Shown: positions 39,869-54,703, counted from the stretch's first letter. The stretch is 64,000 nt of DNA from Octopus vulgaris (GCA_951406725.2 OX597822.1:63984001-64048000); one strand, 5' to 3'. Numbers and translations are program-made. The notes: a model not told the origin generated them from the sequence alone.

Positions 39869-40590
39869 TATTTTTTTTTTTTAAAGAAAATATTCTTGGT
39901 TGCAAATACTATTTTCACAATATTTGCTTATACTTCTTAGGAAAGGCATGAATGAATATCACCACACAGCAAAAGAATTCCTCCATTCCACCCCTTTCTG
40001 CTTTGCAATAGAACTTCTTCACTTTTTCTTTAACCTTACCCAAAGATAAACATTATTGATGAGAACACATTTTAATTTGCTGCCACCATCATCACCATCA
40101 TCAAAATGCGTTTCTGTCCCGACAAATTTTAATGAGTTCCTTAAAATGCTAATTATTTACCAAATGAATTTTACAGAGTAAAAACTTCCTGCAGGACAGT
40201 CTTTGGTATAAAGAGAACAAGGAAAATCGGTTCCATGTTGCCAACTATAGCTGAAACATACACACACACAACCATTCTAGCACATATGCATGTGTGTATA
40301 TGTATATATATATATATATATATGTACACTTCTACACACACATATGCACACATCTCTACATACACACAGAGAAAAGTGTAATAGGTCTTGGCTGTTTGCA
40401 ATAGAACGGCAATGATATGGGAGTGGAATCTCAGCCAAAGAAGATGGCTAGAAAAATATTTGGCTTAGCGAAAGGAAAACAGGATGTTGTTACAGGAGAG
40501 AACTGGATGGTTGGATGAATGAATAAATATGTGGTGGAGATTAGAATTAACATGCTCAGTTCAGGGGATCAGGGAGTATCCTGGACTAAC

Positions 40591-40679
40591 CTCTGTGGAA
40601 ATGGGAGGTCAGACCAAGTCTGGGGCAGTCACAGTGTGTGTAAATCATTAGCCAGTTAACTTGCAGTGATTGTGGTGAG
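40591..40679 (-). other. Putative exon (89 nt)
   Basis: ctttattccag acceptor, GAG|gttagt donor, unique sequence. Confidence 0.35.
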
Positions 40680-43600
40680 CTGGAATAAAGATCTATTTTT
40701 GGTAAGGACCGACATCTGAGAAATAAAGTGAAAAGTGTGGGAAGTGAAAGACTTGTGAAATTTATAAAATAATAATAATAATAATAGTTCATAACTTAGG
40801 CACAAGGCCAGTAGTTTGAGGAGAGGTGGAGGATGGCAGGAGGTAGTCAATTACAATAATTTTGGTACTTGACTAGTACTATATTTCATCAACTCCAAAG
40901 AAGATGAAAGGCAAAGTTGACATCAGCAAGATTTTGTCTCAGAACATAAAGCGCTATAACTAAACACCACAAGGTCTTTTTTCAGCCAACCTGATGCTAC
41001 TGCTTACCCAGCGTTTTCTAATGTAGGGCATAAGGCTACAGATTTTGGGTGAGGGTATGTAGTTGATTAAACTCAACCAGCATCTGATGGGTACTTATGT
41101 TTTATGAATCCTCAAAGACAGAACGGCATAAGTTCATCTTCTTGGGATATATATCATCAACATCATCGTTATTTTAATGTCGTATTGTTGCATGGGCCAG
41201 GCAGGGTTAACTGAAGCAGAGAAATGGCCAGGTGGTCTTCCTGTCATGAATCCTCACCCGTTTTCAAATGAGGTTAATATTTTCCTGTGGCCAGACAGGG
41301 TCTTGCAGAATATTTGAAATGAACGACACTGCTTGTACAACAGTGACATTCATTTACAACTAGGTAAAAGGAAACACAAACATATTCACACTCACACATA
41401 TACAAGTATGTATCAGTTTCTTCAACCAAATCCATTTTCAAGGATTTAGTTGGCCTAGGGCTATAGTAGAAGACATTTGTCCAAGAAGCCAGACAGTGGA
41501 ACCAAGCCCAAAACCATTTGGTTGGGGAACAGAATTCTTAACCACAAACAAAGAGTGGTAGCATTGGATTAAATACCACAAGGTATTTACACTGGCTCTT
41601 TATGTTCTGAGTTCAAATTCATGCTAGGGTCATGACTTTGCTTTTCATCCTTCCAGGGTTAATAAAATAATGTACCAGCAAAATACTGGGGACCAATGTA
41701 ATAAGCTGCTGATCAGTACCAACATGCATTGGGCTAGCATGATGCTGTAGAGTCCTAGTTGTCCCCATTCCTACACTACTGAGCCACCATAGGGTTCTGA
41801 TGACAAGTGAAGTAACACATCAGTTGAGGCACACAATTCTGGCACATAAATATTGTCTGTCTTTAAACGCATACTATACATTCATCCTATTGCTCAATCA
41901 CATATACATAGTCTCCTCAATTTCCTCTCTCTTTCTCTAAAAGCAGACCCAATTAAAAGGGGCAATGCAAAAAGAAAAGGAAATGGTAGCTACAGAGCCA
42001 CTAAGTTTGCAGTGAAGTGTAGAGTTAATTAAATAGAATGCATGCCTAAATGGAAGGTGGTGTCCACTAGATGACTCTGGACAGCATTATTGAAGATAAT
42101 GGACAATGACAGTAGGCTTGTTACGTAATTACACACTAACGAGAAGAATACTTTTTCTCCCTCATTGAAGAAATTTTACATGTTGGTTGACTTCCATTAG
42201 CATAAATGCAGTCTTGGGTGGCGTTGTGGTATACTGTTGTTCTACTGTATGGTTTGTATGGCCTGTATCATTACATTAACATGGATATGTTCAAATCATT
42301 GATATCCTCATTATCATCATAATTTTAAACCTGCTTTTTCATGACAGCATAGGCTAAATGGGGTTTTTCTGAGGCTGTGTTTTATGGCCAGATGTCCTTC
42401 CTGTTGCAAATACCTTTAGTCATTTCTTTTGACATACAAGGATACAGAGCACCTAATCTAAAATCGGTTGAGGATAACCAGGGGAAGAATATAATCTTGT
42501 CATACACAAAATTGCACTGAAAAACCATCCACAGAGTAAGTGTTCTGTGGTCAACGATTCCAGCACATTTGTAATGGGTCCTAAAATGGACCAGTCAGAA
42601 TGGTGTGGCGTCATTGAAAGACTTATTTTCCCAGTTGGGAAGAAGAGGAAATACTATTTCACTGGTATTTTCATTTTTATCAAATCTGAAAGGCTAAATG
42701 AGTAATTCCACCTCAGTGAGATTTGAACTCAGAATGTAAAAAGCCAGAAAAGAAGCTCATCAATGGATGAGCTTCTTACCACACAGCCACTCCTGCATCT
42801 ATGTAATATATATGCATGTGTGTGTGTGTCTGTTCTCCACAACCAGTGTTGGTTTGTTTATATCCCTTTGACGATTTGACAAAAGAAACTCGACTAAGAA
42901 CCAGATTTAAAATGTGTACTGGTGTTGATTTGTTCAACTAACCCTTCAAGGTGGTCCCCTAGAATGGCTGCAATCCAATGACTGGAACAAGTAAAAAAAG
43001 GTAAAATAAGAATGACTTTTTCTTATTTGTCACAAGAGAACAGCAAAACCTTGCAAGCATGAAACAGTGAAGGGGGAGGGGATGAGGAGGAGGAAAAAAT
43101 TACAAGAAGTAGGAGTACTGGAAAGGTGGTGGTGGTGGCCTGAAAGTGAATACCAAAAGTGGTAGTTTAGAATGAGATGTATTGGTAAGGTAGCCCTGGA
43201 AGTGAAGAATGTCTTAGCAAAGGAGGTGGTGTGGTGTTGGTGGGAGAAGGGGGGTTGTGATTAGAGAAATACAAAGAAAGAACAATGAAAAATCTGTAGT
43301 GGAAATGATAGCCCAAGTGGTTGTTAATTTCAGCCGTGGCTATGGAAACCAATTTAGGGACTGTAATATAGACACTCATTAATGGAAGGCCATTTACCAT
43401 TTTAAGCGGGGCTGTGATGAAGGAAATAGTTAAGGGAACTAAATTAAGGGGACCCCCTCCCTTGCGTAATGTGATGAACACATTCAGGGACACCATGATA
43501 TAGGAAGTCGTTAAAAGGAAGTCAGATGTTAAGGTAGCTAATTTGGAGCGTGTATTTATTAAAGGCATCTGTTAAGCTAATTTAAGGGTTACGAAATAGA

Positions 43601-43965
43601 CGAAGCTGTTGAGGAAACTAGCCTACTTGGACAGCATTTATCGATGATAATGGACAATGGCAGTAAGCCTGTTATGTAATTACACATTAACTAGAATACT
43701 TTTCTTTTTCCTCCCTCATTGAAGAAATTTACATGTTGGTTGACTTGTGTTAACATAAATGAGTATAGGTGCAACATTATGTGGTGTTGTCGTATACGGT
43801 TGTACTACTGTGTGGTTTCTATGGCCCGTGGCGTTACATTTACATGGATATGTTATCACCATCATTTTACATCTGCTTTTCCATACTGGCATGGTCTAAC
43901 TGAGTTTTCTAGAGGCAGTGTTACATGGCCAGATGCTTTTCCTGCAGTCAATCCCTTCTTTCTTT

Positions 43966-44310
43966 TTATTTCTTTATTGCCCACAAGGGGCTAACCATAG
44001 AGGGGACAAACAAGGACAGACAAACAGATTAAGTCGATTACATTGACCCCAGTGCGTAACTGGTACTTAATTCATCAACCTTGAAAGGATGAAAGGCAAA
44101 GTCAACCTTGGCGAAATTTGAACTCAGAACGTAACAGCAGACGAAATACCTATTTCTTTACTACCCACAAGGGGATAAACAAGGGACAATCAAGGACAGA
44201 CAAATGGATTAAGTCGATTATATCGACCCCAGTGCATAACTGGTACTTATTTAATCGACCTTGACAGGATGAAAGGCAAAGTCGACCTCGGAGGAATTTG
44301 AACTCAGAAC
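43966..44310 (-). mobile_element. Two tandem SINE family 2 copies
   Basis: cccacaagggg...ggaatttgaactcagaac block repeated head-to-tail. Confidence 0.85.
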
Positions 44311-44406
44311 AAATGGTGCAAGAAATTTTTTGCCATAGGCTCTAATGATTCCGCCAATTTGCAACACAAACACACATACATGTGTATGTGAATGTGTGTG
44401 CGTCTG

Positions 44407-44450
<44 letters not shown>

Positions 44451-44726
44451 TAGATACATACACAGGTAAAAGGATAAACAAGTAAATAAGTAATATATAA
44501 AATGTTAAAAAAAAGTCCTGAAAACTATAATGATTTATGGTTAAAACTTTATTTAATCAATTCAGGTTAATTAAAAATTCATAGAGACTTTTTTAATTGC
44601 TATTGTCTAGCTATTTTGAATATTCATATTAAACTAATTACTATGCTACCTGTACTTAAATATATTCAAATCTTGATAAAAAAAAATTCAGAAACTAAAT
44701 AATTATCAAAATAATTAAGTAATATA

Positions 44727-45121
44727 GGTGCAGGAGTGACTGTGTGGTAAGTAGCTTGCTTACCAACCACATGGTCCCCGGTTCAGTCCCACTGCATGGC
44801 ACCTTGGGCAAGTGTCTTCTACTATAACCTTGGGCCGACCAATGCCTTGTGAGTGGATTTGGTAGATGGAAACTGAAAGAAGCCCGTCGTATATATGTGT
44901 GTGTGTGTGTTTGTGTCTGTGTTTGTCCCCCCCAACATCGCTTGACAACTGATGGTGGTGTGTTTACATCCCTGTAACTTAGCAGTTCGGCAAAAAGAGA
45001 CTGAAAGAATAAGTACTTGGCTTACAAAGAATAAGTCCTGTGGTCGATTTGCTCGACTAAAGGTGGTGCTCCAGCATGGCCGCAGTCAAATGACTGAAAC
45101 AAGTAAAAGAGAGTAAAGAGT
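44727..45121 (+). mobile_element. SINE family 1, full length
   Basis: Colinear with 2588-2995. Confidence 0.9.
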
Positions 45122-45601
45122 AATATTTTAAAGAAAAAAAAAGCTATGGGCTCTATGGGCTGTTGTTTAACCCCAGGTCAACACAAATTCAGCAGATCTA
45201 TAATCAAAAGCAATCTCACTGTGATAATCCCATCTGTTTTAGAATAATATATATGGCTACTTTATCTAGTGTACCCTACTCATTAAGGCAGCAACATGTG
45301 ATTTGAGACATATTTCGCTGTTATTTCTAGAAGGTCCAATGATAGGATAGGAAAGAAGTTCCACTCATGGAAAAATTGCAAGAATATCAGATAAATGTTT
45401 CTGGATCTTGATTGTGTCTATTTTACATTTTGAATTTGAGTCTTTCTGAGGCTGACTTTGCTGTGCGTCATTCAGGGATTGATAAAATCGAGGAGCAACA
45501 AAATACTGGGGTCACCCACCACTGATAAATATGCATCTCTGGGTTAAAAGGATGACTCCACCTGCTCCAGTTTGCCTGTACCATGCAGGGAAGGGGGGAG
45601 A

Positions 45602-45639
<38 letters not shown>

Positions 45640-46586
45640 CTCACAAAACCCAGAATTGAACTTTTTCATTTCTCCAATTGGGTGCAGACATGGCTGTGGA
45701 AAAACAGCTTGGTTTCAGGTTCAGTCCCACAACATGGCACCTTAGGCAAGCGTCTTGTACTATACCCCAGGCTAAAGATCTTGTGAACAAATTTGGTGGA
45801 TGGAAACAGTGTGGAAGCCTATCCTGAGTGTGTATGTGTGTTTATCGTCTGCCGCTATTTGATAACCAGTATTGGTGTGTTTATGTTCTTGCGACTTAAC
45901 AGTCCAGCAAAAGAGACCGATAAAAAAAAAAAAAGTACTGGGAATCGATCTGTTCAAGTGGAAGAACCCTTCAAAGCAGTGCCCCAGCATGGTCGCAGTC
46001 TAATGACTGGAACAAGTAAAAGTAAAAGATGAAAGACAATAAGGACTGGATATGTTTGCAAGTAGAAATTTGTTGCCACTTTTGTGTCATATTGTAAAAA
46101 AAAAAAGATAAAAAAGAAAAGAAACAAAAAAAAAACCAAGCTCTGATTTAACTTCTAGAATGTTCAATAAAATTTCCTTGCATATAAATCATTTATTTCA
46201 GATATCTTTTTAAAACCATTTTTTGTTCTTTATAACCTATGTGTATATAAAATGCTTAAAATGCCATTGTTTACATTTAATATACATAGCAATATATTTT
46301 TCGGGGGGGGGGGGAAAGAAAAAAAATAGCTTAACCATAATAATAAATGAATTTTAAATATTTATTCTAAAATGGCAGCATATCATAATGGCCAGGAACA
46401 AACAGTGTTTTTGGATGGATATCTGATACCTGACAGAGAATTATTTTGGCAGTACGTTGCTTGGCTTGTGTTATAATGTTGCATAAGTTTGTATACATAC
46501 AGCATATATGCATATTGTGTTAGTAAATCAAACACATTTTTAATTCATTTTCTCCTCCCCTGTCCTATAAATCTGCAGAAATGTAT

Positions 46587-46625
<39 letters not shown>

Positions 46626-46779
46626 AATATCTATATACACCCTCACATAACATACACACATACAAGCCTATACAACAGTAATTCTAAATATAAATTATAA
46701 TTAGGAATTTAGGGGCCAACAAGTCTACATTATTGGATAAACAAACACTGAATAGTCAGGTTACACAATCTTTACCATT

Positions 46780-47006
46780 TTAACCCTTTTGATAATAACT
46801 CGTTTGAAACTGCTTTCGGTTCTATGATACAAACTTCTCATTTTAAAATGATCTAAATTTAAATATTCCATCCGAGTTCTGCATTAATTTTATGTCTCAA
46901 ACACTCAATAATGACTAAGTTATTCTACTAAATTCTTCCTCATTTCCAAAATTGGTTGAAACAAAGGTAGAGTATTTTGACAGAAATATGGTAATAAAAG
47001 GGTTAA
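46780..47006. mobile_element. piggyBac-like MITE (family B)
   Basis: ttaa-cccttttgataa ... taataaaaggg-ttaa. Confidence 0.7.
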
Positions 47007-47965
47007 AGGTGATAGATTGATCTATTTGGTTTCCCTTCTTGTATCTCCATGAAATTGGTTATTCCTGCTACTCTTACCATCTAGCTCTCAGACTTTTATG
47101 ACAGAGAGCAAAGGAATAAAACTGAAATAAAAATGTCAAAAGCGACATCAATGTGTGATTAAGCTGTGTTGAAAAGGGGGAAGAAATTATGAATATTTCT
47201 GATACAGGCTCTTTGTCAGGTTAGAGTAAGAGTAAAAAAGAAAAGGAAAGTGAGAAAGTTGAGAAACTGAAATAGAATGTCTGTGTAGTGCTTCAATGAG
47301 TTCAGATGACTGAATGGGTGGATGGGGATATGGTGGCTTCTGAGTGAAGCTGGACAGTGATAACAAATCATCGTCATCATCAATGAAAGTGTTTTTCATA
47401 CTAGCACAGACTGGAGAATTTGACAGGAGCTGATGAGCCAGAGGACTCCAATGTCTGCTTTGGAGAGATTTCTGTGGATTGATTACTCTTCTGAATGCCA
47501 ACCACTTCATAAAGTACCAGGTACTTTTTACATGGCACCAGCACTAGAGAGGTCACCGAGTAAATTACAAGACTCACCTAACTGAGAAGGGGGATGGTAT
47601 TGAGGGAGTATTGGCTTCATGTCAGGTGATGAGAGATTAAAGTATGATAGAGGGGCAGAAATAGGTGTCTTGCAGTAGTGAAGCTACATGGCTACCCCAG
47701 ATGGAAGAAAAGAGAAAAGATGGTGAATGAGTATCAGAGCATACCCTTAAGTTACAAGAAAGTGAAAACAAGAGAAATGGTCAAGAGAAATGGACAGGGT
47801 GAATGGGTAGGTATGTTTGCAAGAATGTGACAGTAGAGTGGTAGATGGTTAGAGATTGAGATAGAGATGGGCGAATGCAGTGTATGGTGAGCAGGGAGGG
47901 GAATTGTGTAAAAAAAAAAAAAAAAGAGCTAGATGCTGGTTGGTATGTGTAAGCAATCCAATGAA

Positions 47966-48183
47966 TGAGGGGTTGCTGAAAAGTTCCTGGCTTGGGGTAA
48001 AAGAAAATACAGGAAGATCAGATAATTATGATTTTATTTAACATATTCCCCTCTTAGATTCACACACTTATTGCAGTGGTCCTTCAGTTTTTCTAAGCCC
48101 TGCGAAAGAACTCAGATGGTTGGGCCTCCAACTAAGCCTTTCATGACACCCTTAAAGCCAGGAACTTTTCAGCACCCCACTCA
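47966..48183. mobile_element. mariner-like MITE
   Basis: gaggggttgctgaaaagttcctggctt and aagccaggaacttttcagcacccc TIRs. Confidence 0.8.
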
Positions 48184-48539
48184 AATGTGCGAGTGGAAGA
48201 ACCAAATGGTGTATGGCGGATGTGCATCTGCATGTAAAGAGAAAGTAAAAGAGAGAAATTCAGGAAAAAATAACTGGTTGTTAATTCCAATTGGAGAGAA
48301 CACTTCCAGAAGTAAAAAAAAAAAATCAATTACTGTTTACAAAGGAGTCAGGGGAAAGGTGATTCTGGTGCTGGAATAAACCAAAGACAGAAAAAAGAAG
48401 TTGTGGGGGTGATGGGAATGACTCATAATGATGAAATGCCGTGCAACAGGTTTAAGAGATCCGGAACTGTTGGCATTGTATGTGAAGCAAATATTCTCTG
48501 AATCAATCTGCCAGTATGTCAGATATCGACCTGTCTCAC

Positions 48540-48585
48540 CTGTATACAAAGCATTGCCAAGTCAACATTTCTTTCAAAAACATTA
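48540..48585 (-). other. Putative exon (46 nt)
   Basis: cttttacctatatttccag acceptor, CAG|gtgaga donor. Confidence 0.35.
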
Positions 48586-48809
48586 CTGGAAATATAGGTA
48601 AAAGCAATCCAGGTTATGGAAGGTGGATTTAGGACTGCACAGAAGAGTTGACATATATATATATATATATATATATGTAAAGCTGAAGTTGTCTGTGTGT
48701 GTGTGGCAGGTTTGGTAACCTTCAACTAACACTATCTCTTTTGAGACTCTGTGGTGCAAGTTGAGCAAAATTGAGAGTATGATAGAAGAAGGCTTGCTCT
48801 TCATTCCGT

Positions 48810-49070
48810 AGATGAAAAAATTTAAATCGGACCATGTTAAGACTAAAAATTATTTACATAAAAAAGGTGCTTTTTTTTCTATGAAAATCCCTATTTTTTA
48901 TGATTTTTTTTTACTGCTGTGTCGCCATTTTTTGGTGTATTTCAACCAGAAAAATATTCACTTATAGAGAATAACAAGCTGCATAATGCAAAATTTTTAT
49001 TTAAAAAAAATTCCAATTCTAAAGGGTCGAAAAGAAAACAAACCTGAGCAATGCTGGGCTATACTGCTAG
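48810..49070 (+). mobile_element. Non-autonomous Helitron 3' end
   Basis: Subterminal hairpin cctgagcaatgctggg (49043-49058) followed by CTAG|T at 49067-49071; 5' boundary uncertain. Confidence 0.6.
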
Positions 49071-49650
49071 TTATATATAAACAGGGTGTTGCACCAGGTT
49101 GGCTATAGCAAAGAGAAAAGCAACCACATCTACAAGATGGTAGAGAGGGAAGTTCAAAAAGAGAGGAGAGGTAGTTGGGTAAGAAAACAGAGGATGGTGC
49201 ACTGAAGGGGGTTGAATGGAGGCTTGAAGGTGAAAGGAATACAGTTTATAGTTGGGAGGTGTGGGACAAGAGTGAGGATTTAAATGCTGTTACTAGTTAG
49301 GGGTTGGTATTTGATTCCTCAGATTTTAGATTTCATATCCATTGCTTTATTAACACCCACCCCAAGTAATGTATTAATAAATTTACACCTATTTTTGGCA
49401 AGATTCACTTCACACTTTCTATACATCACAACAGAGTGTTGAGCCAACAAGATAGCTTATATTCCATCTCTCTATCTGCATAAAATAACATCTTAAATAA
49501 TAATAGATGTATGGAACCTTGGAGAGGCATCTTGTACTATATAGTCTGGGGCCAACCAAAGCTGTGTGAGTGGATTTAGTAGATGGAAACTGAAAGCCAT
49601 ATACATATATATATATATATATAGGTATATATATATATATATATATATAT

Positions 49651-49699
<49 letters not shown>

Positions 49700-50026
49700 T
49701 ACAGGAGTGGCTGTGTGGTAAGTAGCTTGCTTACCAAGCACATTATCAACAATACATGAAACTTCAGGGATGTGAATGAAGGAAAGTTAGTTTAATTCAA
49801 GGGGGTTGAGTGGAGGTCAGAAGATGAAAGGAATGCAGTTTGTAGTTAGAAGGTTGGGGATAGGAGTGAAAACATGCTGTTAATGCTAGTGATCATGTTA
49901 CAATTCCATGCTATCATAATAAGCTTTCATTCCATGTTAGTAGGAATGGAATTATAACATTATTGACTAACAATTTAGTCATAGATTAGCATAAGTGAAA
50001 CCGGTTGATTATGAAAATATTTTATT

Positions 50027-50066
<40 letters not shown>

Positions 50067-51289
50067 CTCAACATAAAATTTCTGTGCATTGTCCTTCTTT
50101 TTATACTTTCCTCTACAATTCACAATGTGGAATTAACGAATGTTTCCACTATATATAAGACACAAGACTACAAATTTCTACATTTCTAGTATAACACATT
50201 TCTAATTCTTCTTGTAAATGCACCATTTGAGGGCAGCTAACTTCTTCTTATAAACTGCATCCTTTAAAACAAACCTTAACTGTTCAAATTCTTTAGAAAG
50301 CAGAATTCCAAAACCTTTTGATTTGATGTCATGGAATTGGATAAGTAAAAAAAGAAACAAAAACTATCAAAATAATAAAAAAAAAATGCAGTCTGACATT
50401 CAGAGTTTGCCTGATCTTTCAGTAAAAGGTCAGTCTATAGTTTTAATATTTATATAGGGAAGGAAACCCTAAAAGGAAGTTTTGATATTTCTTTTAAAGA
50501 AGCTTTGGTGTAATATTTATTTGTTGATCAAAGAGTTTTTTTTTCTTCTTTAAGTCACATGTGTTATTAAATGTTAGTTGCTGTGAAGCTAATTATTGAA
50601 GCCAGGGCTGAAAAAAAAAAATCCCTTACTGAGTAAGCAAGCAGCTGATAAAAAAGCCCTCTGGTTTTTCAATACAACCTTTTGTTAAGAATCCCACCTG
50701 ACCAATTCATTGAGGAAGGTGTGCTTGTTAGTGCATGTGTTATCATGTGAATGAAGAAAGGAGATAATAACAGGAGAATAAAACAGAACCACCTGCAGGG
50801 GAAGACATTGATAGGGTGTAGGGTTTCTAAATATTCCTTAGTGTATGAATATGAGATGTTGGGGAAAATGTGAAAGTGGGAAGGTAATAACAACCTTAAA
50901 TATAAATTTCATTTGGTATTAAAAAAAAAAAAAAAAATCTATATATAGGATGTTTAAAAAGTTATTTTCTCTTTTCTCTCTTTTTCTCAGCGAGTTGACA
51001 ACAAACACCATGAGATAATACAATATTTATATATCACTTTATCTAGCTGAAAACAACAAGATAGTGAGGTTGTTTAGTCCTGGATTATACTGATTTATAA
51101 GACCTATGATCAAAGACATTCTAGTACTTGACTGGTACTTTATTTTATTGGTTCCAGGGAGATAAAAGGTAACGTTGACTATGGCAGGATTTGAACCCAG
51201 AATATAAAGAGCTGAAAGAAATTCTCTCCAAAGCAATTTATCTGATGCTCCAAAGAACCTGCCTGTTCACCCAAACAACAATAATAATA

Positions 51290-51728
51290 ATCTTGTCTAC
51301 TACAGACACAAAGCCTGAAAAATTTAGTGGGGGGTGCGCAGTCGATTAGATCGACCCCAGTACACATCCAGAAAAGACGAAAGGCAAAGTTGACCGTGGC
51401 AGAATTTGAACTCAGAATGTAGTAGCAGATGAAATACAGGTAAGCATTTTGTCCGCCCGGCGTGCTAATGATTCTGCCAACATGCCACCTTAACAACGAA
51501 AATAATAATAATTCTTTCTACTAGAGGTACAAGGCCTAAGATCTGTGGGGAGGGGGGAGGCAAGTGGATCACACTGACCCCAGTACTTGACTGGTACTTA
51601 ATTTATTGAACCTAAAAGGATGAAAGGCAAAGTCAACCTCGGTGGAATTTGAACTCAGAATGTAAAGATGGGTGAAATGCTGTTGAGCATTTTTCTCAGT
51701 GTGTAAACAATTCTGTCAGCTTGCTGCC

Positions 51729-51732
<4 letters not shown>
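51290..51732 (-). mobile_element. Tandem degenerate SINE family 2 copies
   Basis: Two aggcaaagt...gaatttgaactcagaatgt...ctgcc blocks. Confidence 0.75.
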
Positions 51733-51781
<49 letters not shown>

Positions 51782-51813
51782 CTCATCACAGAAAATACTT
51801 AATTTAATGTAAA

Positions 51814-52242
51814 GGTGTAGGAGTGGCTGTGTGGTAAGTAGCTTGCTTACCAACCACATGGTTCTGGGTTCAGTCCCACTGCGTGGCACCTTGGGCAAGT
51901 GTCTTCTACTACGGCCTTGCTCTGACCAAAGCCTTGTGAGTGGATTTGGTAGACGGAAACTGAAAGAAGCCCGTCGTATATATGTATACATATATATATG
52001 TATGTGTGTGTGTGTGTGTATGTGTATATGTTTGTGTCTGTGTCTGTCCCCCAACATCGCTTGACAACTGATGCTGGTGTGTTTATGTTCCTGTAACTTA
52101 GTGATTCGGCAAAAGAGACTGATTGAATAAGTACTAGGCTTACAAAGAATAAGTCCTGGGGTCGATTTGCTCGACTAAAGGCGGTGCTCCAGCATGGCTG
52201 CAGTCAAATGACTGAAACAAGTAAAAGAGTAAAGAGTAAGAG
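51814..52242 (+). mobile_element. SINE family 1, full length
   Basis: Colinear with 2588-2995. Confidence 0.9.
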
Positions 52243-52656
52243 TTGCTGAATTAATTTGAAGATGATAGGGTTTCTCATACTATCACAATTTTTACAATTC
52301 ATTACTTTGACGGACACATAGAAGAAGTGGGTCAAGTAACTTGCTTGAGTGGTCCCTAAATCAAAGCTAGTGTGATCAAATAATCAATACAGGAAAAATT
52401 TATTCAATTCCAAGACAAGATGCTGTGAATCTGTTTTCATGCTTTTTTTTTTTGTTGTTTTCTTTTAGCAAATGTTAGCAATATTTAAATAGCATTCACA
52501 GATCTTTATTCAATCATATCCATGACCCTATTCCTGAGGAACCAGCAATACAGAGAAGGAAACTAAAATAACAAGCCACTGGATTGCCTAAATAAACTCT
52601 CTCTCTCTTTGTATGTGTTTGTGTGTATATGTATGTATGTATGTATGTATGTATAA

Positions 52657-52981
52657 AAGGTAAAGACCCCATCCGGTCATGAATGACCATGGGATTGCAC
52701 CTAGAAGATTCCCCTCCAAGTCACAAGTCTGGGCAAGGTTGTTTATGGAAACTAGCAGTTGCCCATGCATACCAGCCTCCTCTCTCCACACCATCAATGT
52801 TATCCAAGGGAAAGGCAAAGGCCAATACAGCTTGGCACCAGTGACATTGCAGCTCATTTCTACAGCTGAGTGAACTGGAGCAACGTGAAATAAAGTGTCT
52901 TGCTCAACCTGGCCCATGAATTGAACTCACTACCTCATGACTATAAGCCCAACACTCAAACCACTGAGCCATGTGCCTTCA
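52657..52981 (-). mobile_element. tRNA/CORE-like SINE (family 5)
   Basis: Minus-strand head ggcacatggctcagtggtt...gagttcaattc, then ttgagcaagacactttatttcacgttgctccag. Confidence 0.7.
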
Positions 52982-52987
52982 TCAGTA

Positions 52988-53086
<99 letters not shown>

Positions 53087-54703
53087 AAGGGAGAGAGAGA
53101 TTACCATTTCTTCTGTTTCTTTTTTTATTATTATTTTTTCTCCATACCCTACTTGCCCCTCCACTTACTCTTACGAAAACATTCTCATGAAGGATTCATT
53201 TTGCTTAGTTAATTAATTCCACAAGAGAGGAGAACAACGGTTCAACAAGGACGACATTCAGACAAAAGAAAAAATAGAAAAAAAATTAACAAAAAAAAAG
53301 ACCATTTTTTTTTTTGAAAATTGTGTTTTAGGGGAAAACATCACCTCCTCACACAAACACACACAAAATCAACAAAAGTACTAAAAGTCCTAAACAAGAG
53401 CAAACAGGCACCAAAGTCTTACTGTATTGTGTTACTAATTAGGTAACTACATCAGTACATGTTTAAAAATTCTGTTTATTTTCATCATCTTTTCGTTTGT
53501 TAATTCCTCTCTCACTTTTCCTTCTCTTACTAACAAGACAAGTCTTTAAAATTTTAAATGAACTGTGTGTGTGTGTGTGTGTGTGTGAGGAAGAGAGAGA
53601 GAGAGAGAGAGGGAGGGGGAAGACAAAACGAGAGGAAATATGTGTGTATTTGTGTAACTTTCCAAAAGAAAATAATAAAAATACCTCTCTGACCCCCCCC
53701 CCCTCAGACACCCCACCCATCCCACTATACAAATCTCTAGCAGCAGCAGCACCACCACCACTGCCGCCACCACCACCCACCACTGCCGCCACCACCACCA
53801 CCACCACCGCCACTGTCGCCGCCACCACCACCACCTCTGTTATGAGTTATTAAAGTAGAAACTTATTTGCCCCAAACGTGTCAGAGACATAGCACCTGCC
53901 CTACATATGCATCTTGCAATGGTCCTTCACATACACACACACAGCATCATTATCATTTAAACTCTGTTTTTTCACGCTGGCATGGGTTGGTTGGTTTGAC
54001 ATGAGTTGGCAAGCCAGAGGAAGGCACCAGGCTCTAATTGTATTTAAGCATGTTTTCTACAGCTGGATACCTTTCCTAATGCCAACCACTTTACAGAATG
54101 AACTGGGTGCTTTTTATGTGGCACCAGCCACATACACACACGATTGATCTCTGTTGATTTCAAGTGTTCAATCAAGTGAACTACCTACTCATAGTGGCTG
54201 AGTATTCCACAGACATGTCATGTGATCTCAAGTAGAATCAGCATGACCATGTGCAGAAAGGTTAGATGAACCTTTGAATTACAGGTGCAGTCTATCTGAA
54301 CAAGCTTCAAAACTGTCAGTGCCTACCCTCCAATTGTGCTAAATCTGTCCTTAGTAAACACGACTGGTCTAAGATGCCATACAGCGAGATTGAACCTGGG
54401 ACCTTGTGATTGCAATGTAAACTTCTTAACCATTCAGCTGTACTGCATTCCAACCATCCTTTGACAGCATAGAAAAACAGACATTAGATGAAATGGAGGT
54501 GAACACCTTTCTCCATATGATCAGCTTGAAAAATTGTTACGACACTAGGATATATTTTCCTACTTTTCTTAACATGAAACCAATGGTAACCTAAATTATA
54601 TACACCAATGCGGTATTGAGCACTCATTTTCATTGACATTTACATATAGAAGGATGGAGGAAGGAAAGAAGGCATCTTAAAATGTGTATATGTGTGTGAT
54701 TTT

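Noticed and set aside
50960-50995. Strong plus-strand acceptors here and at 20190 and 30584
   Set aside because: No convincing paired donor or reading frame; such tracts arise readily in this low-complexity DNA.
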